DNA of 64,000 nucleotides from Eubacteriales bacterium (GCA_045612545.1 JAZKZH010000005.1:7124-71123); one strand, 5' to 3'. Shown: positions 28,876 to 39,077, numbered from the stretch's first letter. Notes: a model not told the origin generated them from the letters alone. Made by a program: numbers and translations.

Positions 28876-29085
28876 TTACTTAAAAAAATTTTCCCCGTCA
28901 TCGGAATCGGGCAGGGTAGGCAAATGAGGCTTCACCTTCAGCAGATCCTCCTTGAAGCGGCGGCAGGAGCTATCGGCGCGGACAGCGCCCTTCTTTTTGC
29001 AAATGCAGGCGCCGCTGTCCCCGATGAGGGTGGCATATTCGCAATAAGCGCAGATCTTTTCCAATGCTTCAGCGTTTTTCTTCAC
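28876..29085 (-). CDS. small Cys-rich hypothetical protein
   Basis: 69 aa with a CxxC...CxC...C pattern. Lies immediately downstream of the ylbJ-like gene on the same strand. Confidence 0.45.
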   Translation of the reverse strand: MKKNAEALEKICAYCEYATLIGDSGACICKKKGAVRADSSCRRFKEDLLKVKPHLPTLPDSDDGENFFK

Positions 29086-29139
29086 GGCGGTAAGCTCCTT
29101 TGGTTTCTATAGATAGTTTACCATAGTTCTTCCCCTTTG

Positions 29140-30006
29140 TCAAGAGAAAAGAAGAAGCCCCACCCCCATGAGGGCGGTCTGGATCAGCTTCCCTCCCAAG
29201 TAGGGGGCAAGAGACAGCTTGCCCTTGGTAACGGCGGCAACCTGCCCCAAAACGCAAAGCCCGGAAAAGCCCACGGAGATGCCCGCCAAAATCGCTCCCG
29301 CCTTGCCTCCAAGCTCCGCCGCCTTACCGCACCCTGCGGAAAACTCCCAAAAGCCTCCCATCAGCACCGCGGGGACACCCTGCAATCTCAAAAGCATTTG
29401 CAAGCAATCTCCCGCCGCCCCGAAGAAGATCAGCATTCCCCCTACCTCCAATGCAGTATAGGTGGCGGAGGTGATATGGAAAAGAAGAGAGGCAGGCGTT
29501 TTTCGCTCTCCGCAGACCCCCTTGCACGCGGGACGCAGACAAGCATACAGCACTCCTGCGGTCAACAGCCCACACACCGCCTGCAAGGCGATGAGCCGCC
29601 ATCCAAAGGCAGTTTTCCCGAAAAGGGTATTCCCCACCACCCCCAGCAAGAAGGGCGCTGAGGCAAGATTGGTAAACCCGCAGAGGAATTCCGCCCGTTT
29701 TCGCGAGATCCTTCCTTGCCCGTACAACTGCATGGCGCTCCTTGCACCCAAGGGGAAGCCGCAAAGCACCCCCAAAAGGAACACGGTGCATTCCACCCCC
29801 CAGGGCTTTTCGTAAAGCTTGCTCATCCGAGGATCGTCCACCAGCATTCCCCCGAGACACAAGGAAAGAAACAAAGTGGGAAACACCCGAGAAACGAAAA
29901 ACACCGCGCGGGAAAGCACCGCCTCCCCTGCCGTAGCGGGGAAGGCCAGCAAGAAGATAAAAAACGCTCCGGGCAATACCGTACGGAGCAGGGAGGAAAG
30001 CTTCAT
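29140..30006 (-). CDS. ylbJ: YlbJ-like sporulation integral membrane protein (nucleoside-recognition/Gate domain)
   Basis: Start at the internal ATG at 30006 (MKLSSLLRTVLPG). Polytopic. Divergent from yqfC-yqfD. Confidence 0.55.
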   Translation of the reverse strand: MKLSSLLRTVLPGAFFIFLLAFPATAGEAVLSRAVFFVSRVFPTLFLSLCLGGMLVDDPRMSKLYEKPWGVECTVFLLGVLCGFPLGARSAMQLYGQGRISRKRAEFLCGFTNLASAPFLLGVVGNTLFGKTAFGWRLIALQAVCGLLTAGVLYACLRPACKGVCGERKTPASLLFHITSATYTALEVGGMLIFFGAAGDCLQMLLRLQGVPAVLMGGFWEFSAGCGKAAELGGKAGAILAGISVGFSGLCVLGQVAAVTKGKLSLAPYLGGKLIQTALMGVGLLLFS

Positions 30007-30049
30007 AAAATCACCTACGGTAAAATATACTTGTCTTGCAGGCGGTGAT

Positions 30050-30337
30050 ATGATGGAAAACCAAAGAAAAAACAGTCTTGGGAAGCTGATACGAACAGTC
30101 ATACCCCCCACCACCTCCGGGATCTTTTTGGAATGGCGAGGAAAACGCCGTTTGGTGGCGGAGGGGATCGACGGGCTTCTGGAATACGGAGAAACCCGTA
30201 TGACGGTAAGCGGCGGCAAGGAACGGATCGGCATCTTCGGCAAGGAGCTGGAGATGCGGTATCTTTCCAACACCTGCATCGTTATCGAGGGGGATATTAA
30301 CAAGGTCTGCTATCTTACGGAGGGGGAAAACCCATGA
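30050..30337 (+). CDS. yqfC: sporulation protein YqfC (YabP family)
   Basis: 95 aa. YabP/YqfC-like segment (ETRMTVSGGKERIGIFGKELEMRYLSNTCIVIEGDI). 4-nt overlap with yqfD. Confidence 0.75.
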   Translation: MMENQRKNSLGKLIRTVIPPTTSGIFLEWRGKRRLVAEGIDGLLEYGETRMTVSGGKERIGIFGKELEMRYLSNTCIVIEGDINKVCYLTEGENP

Positions 30338-31551
30338 GTATGTACGGAGTTTTGCATTCCGTGGCAGGGGAATATACCGTCCGTCTGGAATGCGCCGATC
30401 CCCTGCCCTTTTTGCGGCAGCTCACCCTGAACAACCTGCTGTTTTGGAGCTTGCGTGGCGGAGACGGGGTATGGTATCTGAAGACCACCCTCTCCTGCGG
30501 GGAGCTTCTTTTGAACAACGCTGCTCGAGCAGGAATACACGCCGCAATCGAAAAAACCAAGGGACTCCCCTTTTTGGTGGCCAAATACAAAAAACGCCCC
30601 GGATTGCTTTTGGGGCTGATCTTTGGGCTGGCGCTTTTGTTTTACAGTGAGCTGTTCGTATGGAAGGTGACGGTCAACGGCAACGAGACCGTTTCGGAAG
30701 CCGCTGTTTTGCAAGCGTTGGAGGAGCATGGGGTCACCGTGGGAAGCTACATTCCCCATATTCCCATTTTGAAGGTGCAGAATCTGGTGCTTTTGTCCTT
30801 CCACGAGCTTTCCTCCATCGCCATCAACGTGAAAGGCACCCACGTTCAGGTGGAGGTGCTGGAGCGTACCGCCGAATCTCCGCCCAAGGACAGAGAGGGC
30901 TATTGCAACGTGGCAGCCACACGGGACGGCATCATCGTTTCCGTGAAGGCGGAGGCGGGGACGATCCTGGTCTCCCCCGGAGAGGTGGTGGAAACGGGGC
31001 AGATCCTCATCTCCGCCTTTACCGTGGGAAAGCGCAACGTATATCGGGTACATCACGCAGGGGGCGAGGTGATCGCCAAGGTATACGAAAGCTATTCCGC
31101 CGTGTTCCCCGTACTGCAAGAGGTCAAGCACTACACCGGCAGGGTGACAGTGCGGAAGGCGATCTCCGTTCTGGGACGGGAATTTTCCGTAAAGACAGAC
31201 AGCCCATACGCCCGCTTTGACACGGAGCTTACCACGGAAAATCTGCGGTTGCTGGGCTTTATCGAGACCCCCATCCGTATCACCAAGGCGGTCTATCGGG
31301 AATACGAAAAACGACAATTCACCATGACGGAAGCCGTATTGCGGCAGAACGCCCGACAGGACGTTTCCCGTTGGCTGGGCACCTTGGGCGAGGTGTGTGA
31401 ATGGGAGCATACCTTTGTTTTTGACGAAATACAAAACGCTTACGTTTTGAACGTAAGCGCAGTGGTTTTGGAAAATATTGGATTTGACCTACCCTTGGAG
31501 CCGGGGGAACAGCCGCCGCCTCAGGTACAGCCGCCAAAGCCTGCGGTGTAG
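30334..31551 (+). CDS. yqfD: sporulation protein YqfD
   Basis: 405 aa with one central TM helix. Conserved position after yqfC. Confidence 0.75.
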   Translation: MSMYGVLHSVAGEYTVRLECADPLPFLRQLTLNNLLFWSLRGGDGVWYLKTTLSCGELLLNNAARAGIHAAIEKTKGLPFLVAKYKKRPGLLLGLIFGLALLFYSELFVWKVTVNGNETVSEAAVLQALEEHGVTVGSYIPHIPILKVQNLVLLSFHELSSIAINVKGTHVQVEVLERTAESPPKDREGYCNVAATRDGIIVSVKAEAGTILVSPGEVVETGQILISAFTVGKRNVYRVHHAGGEVIAKVYESYSAVFPVLQEVKHYTGRVTVRKAISVLGREFSVKTDSPYARFDTELTTENLRLLGFIETPIRITKAVYREYEKRQFTMTEAVLRQNARQDVSRWLGTLGEVCEWEHTFVFDEIQNAYVLNVSAVVLENIGFDLPLEPGEQPPPQVQPPKPAV

Positions 31552-31553
31552 AG

Positions 31554-32114
31554 TTATTCCGACACCTTGCGGATTCCCGCCTTGCGGCGCACGTCCTCCA
31601 AGGCCATGTCCATCAGCTTTTCGGTTTTGTTCATCTCTGCGGTGACGGCATTCATACGGCTTGCAAACTCTGCCGCCGCCTGACCGATCACGGCGCAGCC
31701 CTTGCGGGTCTCTGCCAGCATACGCTCACATTCCGCCTCTGCCTTTTCGCGGACGGAGCTCGTAATGGCATCTGCCTTCTTTTGTGCCTCGGCAAGAATC
31801 TGCTCCGCACGGGCATCGGCTTGAAGCATCCGCTGACCGATGGAAGCCTGCAGATCGGCGCACTCCCTCTCCTTTTCCGCAAGACGGGCAGAGTAGTCTG
31901 CCTCCAAGGCCTCGTTCTTGGCTTCTGCCTCACGAAGCCGCGCCTCCGTTTCCGTAAGGGCGGCGGAAAGCTGACGGATACGGGCGTCCAGCTCCTTCTC
32001 CTTTTCCGCAAAATTGCGGTTCAATTCCAAAAGAAAGGCATCCACCTGCTCTCTGTTGTAGCCCTTCCCCGCTTTTGCAAACATTGCTTCTGCCATAACT
32101 GCCTCCGAAAACAA
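31554..32114 (-). CDS. DivIVA-domain coiled-coil protein
   Basis: N-terminal F-x-x-x-x-GYNREQVDAFL DivIVA motif followed by an A/E/R-rich coiled coil. Confidence 0.7.
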   Translation of the reverse strand: MFSEAVMAEAMFAKAGKGYNREQVDAFLLELNRNFAEKEKELDARIRQLSAALTETEARLREAEAKNEALEADYSARLAEKERECADLQASIGQRMLQADARAEQILAEAQKKADAITSSVREKAEAECERMLAETRKGCAVIGQAAAEFASRMNAVTAEMNKTEKLMDMALEDVRRKAGIRKVSE

Positions 32115-32182
32115 GGATTTTTACTTTTTTATGGTATCATATTTTCCGCCCTTTGTCAACCCGAAAGGAGACTTTGTTTTTC

Positions 32183-33427
32183 ATGCTGGAAACTATCCGC
32201 AACGCTTTGTGGGGAATGCCCCTCATCGGATTGCTTTTATCCTTTGGGGGATATTTTACCGTCAAGACCCGCTTCATCCCCCTGCGGCTGCCGTGGATCT
32301 TGAAGCGGACGGTGGGAAGCCTCTTCGGGAAGAAGGACAAAAAGGCGTTGCTCCGTGCGGTGTCCACCGCCTTGGGCGGCACGGTGGGCATTGGAAGCAT
32401 CACGGGAGTTGCCTACGGCATCGCCGCAGGCGGCGCGGGAAGTGTTTTCTGGATGTGGATCAGCGGCTTGGGAGGCATGGCGTTGAAGTACGCCGAGGTG
32501 TTCCTGGCGGTGAAGCACAGAAGAAAAACCAAGGACGGCTTCACGGGAGGCGCCCCCTACATTTTGGGCGGATTGGGCTACAAGAAAACAGCAGTCTTCT
32601 TTTCCTTGCTGTGCGTTGCCGCCTCCTTTGGGGTGGGAAATCTCACCCAGATCGGGGCATTGACGGAGACGGTCTCCGAAATGGGAATTTCTCCCCTGCT
32701 GTGCGGGGGCGTATGCGGTCTGCTGTTGGCCTACTGCCTTTGGGGCGGGAGAGAACGGATCGGGAAATGGAACGGAATTTTGGTACCCGCCGCCTCCTTG
32801 GTGTACATATTGACGGCGGCAGGGGTGATTTTGGCCCACTGCTCCGCATTGCCCGCCGCATTCCAAGAGATCGTAAGCTCTGCCTTTGGGGTACGTCCCT
32901 TGGTGGGCGGGGTTTCCGGAACGCTCATTGCCGCCTCCATGCGGGAGGGGTTTGCCCGCGGGGTGTTTTCCAACGAAGCCGGGGTCGGCTCTTCCCCTCT
33001 TGCCCACGCCGCCTCCGGGGAGGCAGACCCGAAAAAGCAGGGGGAGTGGGGGGTATTTGAGATCTTTGCAGACACCTTTTTGGTGTCCACCCTCACGGCG
33101 TTGGCACTGCTGGTAACAGGAAGTCAAAGCATTTCCGAGATCTTCTCCGCCTTGTTTTTCGGCAGTGGGACAGCGGTGTTTGCCCTGCTTTCTGCGGTGT
33201 TTGCCTTTTCCTCCATTCTCAGCTGGTGTTATTACAGCAGGGTGTGCCTGCAATACCTTACCCTGCCCGCCGGGGAAACGCTTTACAGTATTTGCAGTGT
33301 GGCGTGCGCTTTTTTGGGAGCGTTTCTCCCCTTGACAAGACTTTTGATTCTGGCGGATATTCTGGGCGGGCTGATGATCTTCCCCAATTTGTTCTTGCTG
33401 TTTAAGTTAAGAGGAGAAGTAAGGTAA
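32183..33427 (+). CDS. alanine/glycine:cation symporter (AGCS family)
   Basis: Start at the ATG at 32183 after an AAAGGAG RBS. GGAGSVFWMWISGLGGMALKYAE motif. Polytopic. Confidence 0.85.
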   Translation: MLETIRNALWGMPLIGLLLSFGGYFTVKTRFIPLRLPWILKRTVGSLFGKKDKKALLRAVSTALGGTVGIGSITGVAYGIAAGGAGSVFWMWISGLGGMALKYAEVFLAVKHRRKTKDGFTGGAPYILGGLGYKKTAVFFSLLCVAASFGVGNLTQIGALTETVSEMGISPLLCGGVCGLLLAYCLWGGRERIGKWNGILVPAASLVYILTAAGVILAHCSALPAAFQEIVSSAFGVRPLVGGVSGTLIAASMREGFARGVFSNEAGVGSSPLAHAASGEADPKKQGEWGVFEIFADTFLVSTLTALALLVTGSQSISEIFSALFFGSGTAVFALLSAVFAFSSILSWCYYSRVCLQYLTLPAGETLYSICSVACAFLGAFLPLTRLLILADILGGLMIFPNLFLLFKLRGEVR

Positions 33428-33458
33428 AAAACGAAGTTTGCCTGCAGGGCAAATGGTT

Positions 33459-33640
33459 CACGGGTCGCCGTGGACGTCGACCCCTACGGACACAAAAAAA
33501 GCATTCGGAACTTTCTGCCTTTTCTCCCGCAAGAAGAACGGCGCCGGCTATTCTTCCTTCCAACTGCTTTCGTGAAAAAAGCACGAAAACCAACACAGTT
33601 GGCGCGGTTTCGTAGGGGTCGACGCCCACGGCGACCCGTT
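33459..33640. repeat. palindromic (IR-bounded) 182-bp intergenic element
   Basis: About 30-bp inverted repeats ACGGGTCGCCGTGGACGTCGACCCCTACGG and its near-perfect complement, separated by about 120 bp. Confidence 0.7.
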
Positions 33641-33698
33641 CTGCGAGAGCAAAGATCCGATACAAAAAACCTTCCGTATGACCGGAAGGTTTTTGCAC

Positions 33699-34292
33699 TT
33701 ATGCTTTCTTATTGTTTCTGAAATCCAAAAGTCTCACGATAGCGGGGGTCAACAGCACGTTGATCGCCACCTCCACCAGGAAGTTCAATCCTGCCAGACC
33801 CAGGAACATATATCCCACCACGTTCTCGCCATAACCTGCCAAGGCCCAGGTCTTGATGGTGTCCATAAAGAACACGCTGCAGCCCAACAGGAACACGCCG
33901 GTGTTTACCACGGGGCAAACCAATGCGGAAATGATTACGGATGCATATCGATCCAGCTTGGAAAGCCACTGATACACAAATCCCGCCACCAGACCGCAGG
34001 CAATGCCCTTGACCATGACGGTGATGATGGTGCCGGGTACGTTGATGGCAAGAAACGCCGCCGCGTCACCGCTGAGCAACACCACGATGCCGAACACGCC
34101 TCCCAGCCAAGCTCCCAGCTTGGGGCCTCCCACGGAAGCACCCAGAACAATGGGCACCAATACCAGAGAAATGGAGAACATTCCCAAATGGATGAATGAC
34201 CCCACCATCTGTAAAACCACTACCAATGCGGTCAGGATGGCACCCAGAACCAAGGTCTCGGTGGACATTCTCTGCCTTTGTTTTGCTTGCAT
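33699..34292 (-). CDS. ECF transporter S component (possibly pantothenate-specific)
   Basis: Start at the ATG at 34292 after an AAGGAGG RBS. 197 aa with about 6 TM helices. Lies immediately downstream of coaX. Confidence 0.55.
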   Translation of the reverse strand: MQAKQRQRMSTETLVLGAILTALVVVLQMVGSFIHLGMFSISLVLVPIVLGASVGGPKLGAWLGGVFGIVVLLSGDAAAFLAINVPGTIITVMVKGIACGLVAGFVYQWLSKLDRYASVIISALVCPVVNTGVFLLGCSVFFMDTIKTWALAGYGENVVGYMFLGLAGLNFLVEVAINVLLTPAIVRLLDFRNNKKA

Positions 34293-34366
34293 AAAAAATT
34301 CCTCCTTGCTGTCGTCCGCAAAAGCGGTACAACGCTTTTTTAGTTTTTTATGTTTGTTATTTTGAT

Positions 34367-35131
34367 TCAATTGTTGCGCAGGTACAGAAGGTACAGCCCC
34401 TTCAGCACCAATTGCTCGTCCATGGTATATTCGCTTTCGCAATGAGGCATCACGGTGGATGCCGCACCTCCCGTGGCGATGACGGGCAATTTCTCCCCGT
34501 AGGTCTGATTGAAGCGGGTAATCATGCCATCCACCATGGAGGCGTTGCCGAACACCACGCCGGAGCGCATACAGTCCGCCGTGTTCTTACCGATAACCGA
34601 GGACGGAGCTTGCAGACTTACCAAAGGGAGCTGTGCCGTCCCTGCGGCCAAAGCGTTCAGCCCCATGGTCACCCCGGGGATGATGGAAACGCCGATGAAA
34701 GCGCCGCCGCCGTCCACCACCATCATTTTGGTGGCCGTGCCCATATCCACCACCAAGGCGGGACAGCCGTAAAGCTGCTTTGCCGCCACGCAGGCGCAGA
34801 TCAGATCCGCACCCACGGAAACGGGATCGTCGCAACGGATTCCCAGCCCCGTTTTGATTCCCGGGCCTACCACCATAGGGGTCACCCCGTAGGCGATGGA
34901 GATGGCTTGCTTCATCACGTCGGTGATAGGAGGTACCACAGAGGAAAGGATCGCCCCCTCCACAGCTTCCCGCTCCACACCGTATAAGGAAAGGGTGGAC
35001 AAAAGCTTGCAGGCGTATTCATCCCCCGTTAAATGGTGGTTGGAGGCCACCTTCGCCACGAAGGTCAGCTCACCGCCGGAAAATCCGCCGAGGCCGATGT
35101 TGGTATTGCCGATGTCAACCGTGAGGATCAT
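34367..35131 (-). CDS. coaX: type III pantothenate kinase
   Basis: Start MILTVDIGNTNI. ASKHA-fold motifs (VVDMGTATK, ATGG). Confidence 0.9.
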   Translation of the reverse strand: MILTVDIGNTNIGLGGFSGGELTFVAKVASNHHLTGDEYACKLLSTLSLYGVEREAVEGAILSSVVPPITDVMKQAISIAYGVTPMVVGPGIKTGLGIRCDDPVSVGADLICACVAAKQLYGCPALVVDMGTATKMMVVDGGGAFIGVSIIPGVTMGLNALAAGTAQLPLVSLQAPSSVIGKNTADCMRSGVVFGNASMVDGMITRFNQTYGEKLPVIATGGAASTVMPHCESEYTMDEQLVLKGLYLLYLRNN

Positions 35132-35430
35132 AGTGGAGTCTCCTTTCCCATTCTTGCGGACATAGTAGCATATTTTCGGAGAAATGTCAAGAGCAAGTCG
35201 GCGCAATGTTTTCGTCTTATGTGTAGTATCGTTTCGCCGACATCAAAAACGGCAGAGCCGTTTTTGGAACTGTAGCGAAAGTGTTTGCGGCGGAATGGAT
35301 TTTATTTTATGCCCGGTTTCGCTACGCCGACATCAAAAAATGAAAACAAGCATACCCCCGCGAAAAGGGCGGGGGCACGCTTGCAACAAGAAAGGATACA
35401 AGAAGGGAAAAATTCCCATGCGTTCGAAGA

Positions 35431-36729
35431 TTATTCTGCCAGATACTTTGCCAGCAGAGAGTTGATATAAGCCGCCATATCGGCATTACCGGAGAGACAG
35501 CAGTACGGCTGATACTCGCCGAAGCTCCAGAGGTCGGGCTTATAGTCTGCGCGATAGTGGAAATAGGTGGTGTTGGCAGAATCCCCGTAGATGGGAGTAG
35601 CACCGTTGAGGTAGACCACCACGGAGTAGTTGTTCACGGGGAAGTAGTCTTCCACTTCTACCATCTCGTACTCGTCGGGGTCGCCCAACAGGTATGCCAT
35701 CATTTCGTCCCACAAAGCTTCTGCGGTGGCAACCTCTTCGGGGTTATCCACACGGATGCGTGCAACCAGAGACTCGGTCTTGTCGTTCCAGACCTCAATG
35801 ACCATGGAATGGCCTTCGGTAGCGTATTCGAACTTGCCAAAATCAAAGGTATCGGTGGCCTTGTACAGCTGAGTAAAGTCGTTCTTATCGGAGTTGCCGA
35901 TATCGCTGATAAAGTGGGCTTCCTCCTTCAGCAGGCTGTTGTAGGTGGTGAGAATGAAAGCGCCGCCGGAGTAGCAATTATGCCAGTAATTGGACCAATA
36001 ATCGTGGCCGAAATACCAATAGCCGGACACCTCGTGACCTAGGGTATTCAGCTCTTCCTGACCGTCCACGTATTCGTAATGATCGGGATAGTCGGAAAGG
36101 CCGGTAAAGATCACCACGTTTTCGGGGCTGCACATACCGTCGGGAACGGTCACGGCAGAATGGACTACGCGGATGCGGTCCACGGTAGCGTGGTGCATAT
36201 CGCCGCTGAGATCAAAGGTAGCGTCGGTGTCGGCGGGGTTCAGACCGAAGTACTGCAGGTAGTCGCCTTCGGAATAGAAGCTGTAGCCGTAGTACTTGGA
36301 GGTGGTACCGTCCAGGTTGTTGATGCGGATCACGTCGTACTCAAAGAACATCTCGCGGGTATCGGTGATCAGCGCCAGAACCTCCTCGTCGGAGAGGTTG
36401 AACCACTCTCCTGCTTCTCTGCGGGCGTTGAAATCCGCGATCTGCTCGGGGGTGTAGAGGGTGGCGACGGTCTTGCCCTCTTCTTCGGTGACGGTGAGGT
36501 ACCGGTCAACCACGGTGGCTGGAGGAGCGGGGGTCTCGGGATCGTCCACGGGAGGAAGCTCCGCATTAGAGTCGCCCACGTCTTCGATTGCGGGGGTCAC
36601 GGACTCGCCGTTGATGGAGGAGGTGCCTTCCACGGATGCGGCGATGAACAGCATCCCCGAGGACAGCACGGCGCAGGCCACCAACAGGCAGAGTGCCGTT
36701 TTGAAGAATAAGCTCTTCTGGGTTTTCAT
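35431..36729 (-). CDS. hypothetical secreted protein
   Basis: Start at the internal ATG (MKTQKSLFFKTALCLLVACAVL signal peptide). Last gene of the response-regulator/kinase transcription unit. Confidence 0.55.
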   Translation of the reverse strand: MKTQKSLFFKTALCLLVACAVLSSGMLFIAASVEGTSSINGESVTPAIEDVGDSNAELPPVDDPETPAPPATVVDRYLTVTEEEGKTVATLYTPEQIADFNARREAGEWFNLSDEEVLALITDTREMFFEYDVIRINNLDGTTSKYYGYSFYSEGDYLQYFGLNPADTDATFDLSGDMHHATVDRIRVVHSAVTVPDGMCSPENVVIFTGLSDYPDHYEYVDGQEELNTLGHEVSGYWYFGHDYWSNYWHNCYSGGAFILTTYNSLLKEEAHFISDIGNSDKNDFTQLYKATDTFDFGKFEYATEGHSMVIEVWNDKTESLVARIRVDNPEEVATAEALWDEMMAYLLGDPDEYEMVEVEDYFPVNNYSVVVYLNGATPIYGDSANTTYFHYRADYKPDLWSFGEYQPYCCLSGNADMAAYINSLLAKYLAE

Positions 36730-36815
36730 AGGGTGTTCCTTTCTGAAAAAATAGATTCCGCTTTCACGGTATGACCATGTTACCACGGGAATATATGGAA
36801 ACCGTCACGGAGTTG

Positions 36816-38201
36816 TCATGGAGTTGTAAATTTTTCGGATTTCCCAAAAATAACAAAGGCGGTAGTCCCCTCTCCCAAAGCGGAGGTGAAGGTGAGGGTG
36901 GCGCCGTGGGCGATGGCGATGCGCTCGCAAAGAGCCAGCCCCAGCCCCGTGCCCCCCTCCTTGCGGTTGCGGGAGCGGTCGGTACGGTAGAAGGGGGTGG
37001 TGATAAGGGCAAGCTGTTCGGGAGTCATGCCGTTTCCGTTATCCTTGACGAACAGGGTCTTGCCCTCTTCGGTGACGGTAGCGCCCAGTTCAATGCTCCC
37101 CCCGACAGGACAGGCCTTGCAGGCGTTTTCCGTCAAGTTGGTGAGCAACAGCTCCAACAGCAATTTATCCCCCGATACAAGGAGCTCCCCTCCCGTAACG
37201 GTGACGGTGAGATCCTTTTCGTGGGCGCGTGTGACGAAGCGACTGCGGGTGGCCAGCAAAAGCTCTCTTGCCACCAGCTCCGTGGGGGAAATACGGTTTT
37301 CCCGCACGAAGGCCATATCCAAAAGCGTCTCGCTGATCTGCCGCAGGCGCATGGATTCCGACATAATGAACTGAGCCGCCTCGATCTTCTCCTCCTCGGA
37401 GATCCTTGCGGCGGAGATGTATTCCGCATAGCCGTGGATCCCCGTCAAGGGGGTGCGCATCTCGTGGGCCAGGTCGTCCAGCATCCGTTGCCGTTGGTCG
37501 GCGGTATCCCGAAGGGTTTGGATCTGCCCCTGGAGCTTATCCGCCATGTGATTGAAATGCCCTGCCAGGGCGGAAAATTCATCTGTTCCCGAATCGTCTG
37601 CACGGACGGAAAGGTCCCCCTCTGCCAGACTCTTCGCCGCCCCCGAAAGGTTGCCCAGAGGGACGTACAGCTTCCGCAACAGGAGGTACAAAAACAGCGC
37701 CAGCAAAGCGGATGCCGCCAAGGAGACCCCTCCCAGCACCAGCATGAGGGTGCGGAATTCCTCGTCCAGATAGGTGACGTCGGAGGCGTAGGTGAACAAC
37801 AGTCCGTCCTCCCCCGCTTCTTCGGTGAACACAAGATAGCGTTTCCCCTCCGTGCGCAGATCGGTCATCTTCCCCGCCGCGGGACATTCCACCCCTGCGG
37901 GCAGGTTGGTGAAGGTGGTCTCCCCCTCCCGGGTAAAGGCAAGATAGACGTTCTTTTTACGGTAGAAATTGCCGTAAGACACCTGCAAAAGCAGTTCGTT
38001 CACGTCGTCCAAGGTCTCTCTGTCCCGCAGGTAAGCCTCCAAAGCCGCTGTCTCCCCCGAGCGGCAGACCTCCCGTGCGGCATCCAGATTTCCCCCGTGG
38101 GTGTAATACGCCAACGCAAACACGCACCCGTTGAGAAACAGCAGGAAAAGCAAAAGCGTCAACAGATAGGTGCGCTCAAAAAATTTCATTTTCCCTTTCA
38201 T
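36816..38201 (-). CDS. sensor histidine kinase (HAMP-HisKA-HATPase)
   Basis: Two TM helices and a HAMP domain. H-box LAHEMRTPLT, N-box NLTENACKA and G-boxes DNGNGM and GGTGLGL. Confidence 0.9.
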   Translation of the reverse strand: MKGKMKFFERTYLLTLLLFLLFLNGCVFALAYYTHGGNLDAAREVCRSGETAALEAYLRDRETLDDVNELLLQVSYGNFYRKKNVYLAFTREGETTFTNLPAGVECPAAGKMTDLRTEGKRYLVFTEEAGEDGLLFTYASDVTYLDEEFRTLMLVLGGVSLAASALLALFLYLLLRKLYVPLGNLSGAAKSLAEGDLSVRADDSGTDEFSALAGHFNHMADKLQGQIQTLRDTADQRQRMLDDLAHEMRTPLTGIHGYAEYISAARISEEEKIEAAQFIMSESMRLRQISETLLDMAFVRENRISPTELVARELLLATRSRFVTRAHEKDLTVTVTGGELLVSGDKLLLELLLTNLTENACKACPVGGSIELGATVTEEGKTLFVKDNGNGMTPEQLALITTPFYRTDRSRNRKEGGTGLGLALCERIAIAHGATLTFTSALGEGTTAFVIFGKSEKFTTP

Positions 38202-38845
38202 ACTTCAAATCTGTAGCCCACCTTATAGATGGTTCTGATACGGTCCTTCAGCTCCAGCTTCTGACGGAGCTTTTGCACGTGAACGTCCACGGTGCGGGTG
38301 TCTCCTTCGTAGTCGAAGGCCCACATCAGACACAGGATCTTCTCTCTGGACAGGGCAATGTTGCGGTTTTTGATCAAGGCCTCCAGCAGGGCGAACTCCT
38401 TGGGTGCAAGAATGATCTCCTCCTCCCCGCGGAACACCTTTCTGGCGTTGAAGTCCACGGTGAGTCCATCGAAGGAAAACTCATTGGAATCCCGCTTGGT
38501 ACGGCGCAGGACCACCCGCACTCTGGCAAGCAGCTCCTGCATTTCAAAGGGCTTGACGATGTAATCCTCCGCACCCAGGGAAAGGGCTTTCAGCTTGTCC
38601 TCCAGGTTGCTTTTTGCGGTGACGAAGATCACGGGGACGTCTCCCATCAGCTTCACCAGATCAAAGCCGTCCAGCCCGGGAAGCATCACGTCGAGGATCA
38701 CCAGATCCGGCTCGTGGGTACGTAAAAGCTCCAAGGCTCTCAACCCCTCGTAAGCGAAAAGGCAGGTATGTCCCACCAGCGCCAAGTGCTTTACGATCAG
38801 GTCGTTGATGACCTGCTCATCCTCCACTACCAATATTTTTGCCAT
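38198..38845 (-). CDS. OmpR-family response regulator
   Basis: 215 aa. Receiver plus winged-helix domains (RTVDVHVQKLRQKL). 4-nt overlap with the kinase gene. Confidence 0.9.
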   Translation of the reverse strand: MAKILVVEDEQVINDLIVKHLALVGHTCLFAYEGLRALELLRTHEPDLVILDVMLPGLDGFDLVKLMGDVPVIFVTAKSNLEDKLKALSLGAEDYIVKPFEMQELLARVRVVLRRTKRDSNEFSFDGLTVDFNARKVFRGEEEIILAPKEFALLEALIKNRNIALSREKILCLMWAFDYEGDTRTVDVHVQKLRQKLELKDRIRTIYKVGYRFEV

Positions 38846-39077
38846 GTCGATTCTTCCTTTCGTTTTTCCTTCTTGGGGGTATTATAACACAGGTTTGTTA
38901 TGAAACTGTAATGAAAAACAAAAAAAGAGAGGAAAATTTTCGCTCTCTTCGGATGATTGTGTTTTTTGAAGATACAACGCGCCGTTGCCGTTCAAATTCA
39001 TGCCATCGGCACTGTGCCCTATGCGGGTGAAAAGGTTTTGTTTCGAGTGCACGCAGGGGGAAAAGCGTGGGATCCTT

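Noticed and set aside
29819-30337. Long N-terminal extensions of several ORFs: 29819 for yqfC, 30303 for ylbJ, 670 for the 838 lipoprotein, 45564 for the rubredoxin fusion, 25572 for thyA, 47321 for the GyrI-like gene, 34442 for the ECF-S gene and 35206 for coaX
   Set aside because: The extensions overlap neighbouring genes or intergenic repeats and lack an RBS. Internal ATGs with a good Shine-Dalgarno sequence and family-typical N-termini were used instead.
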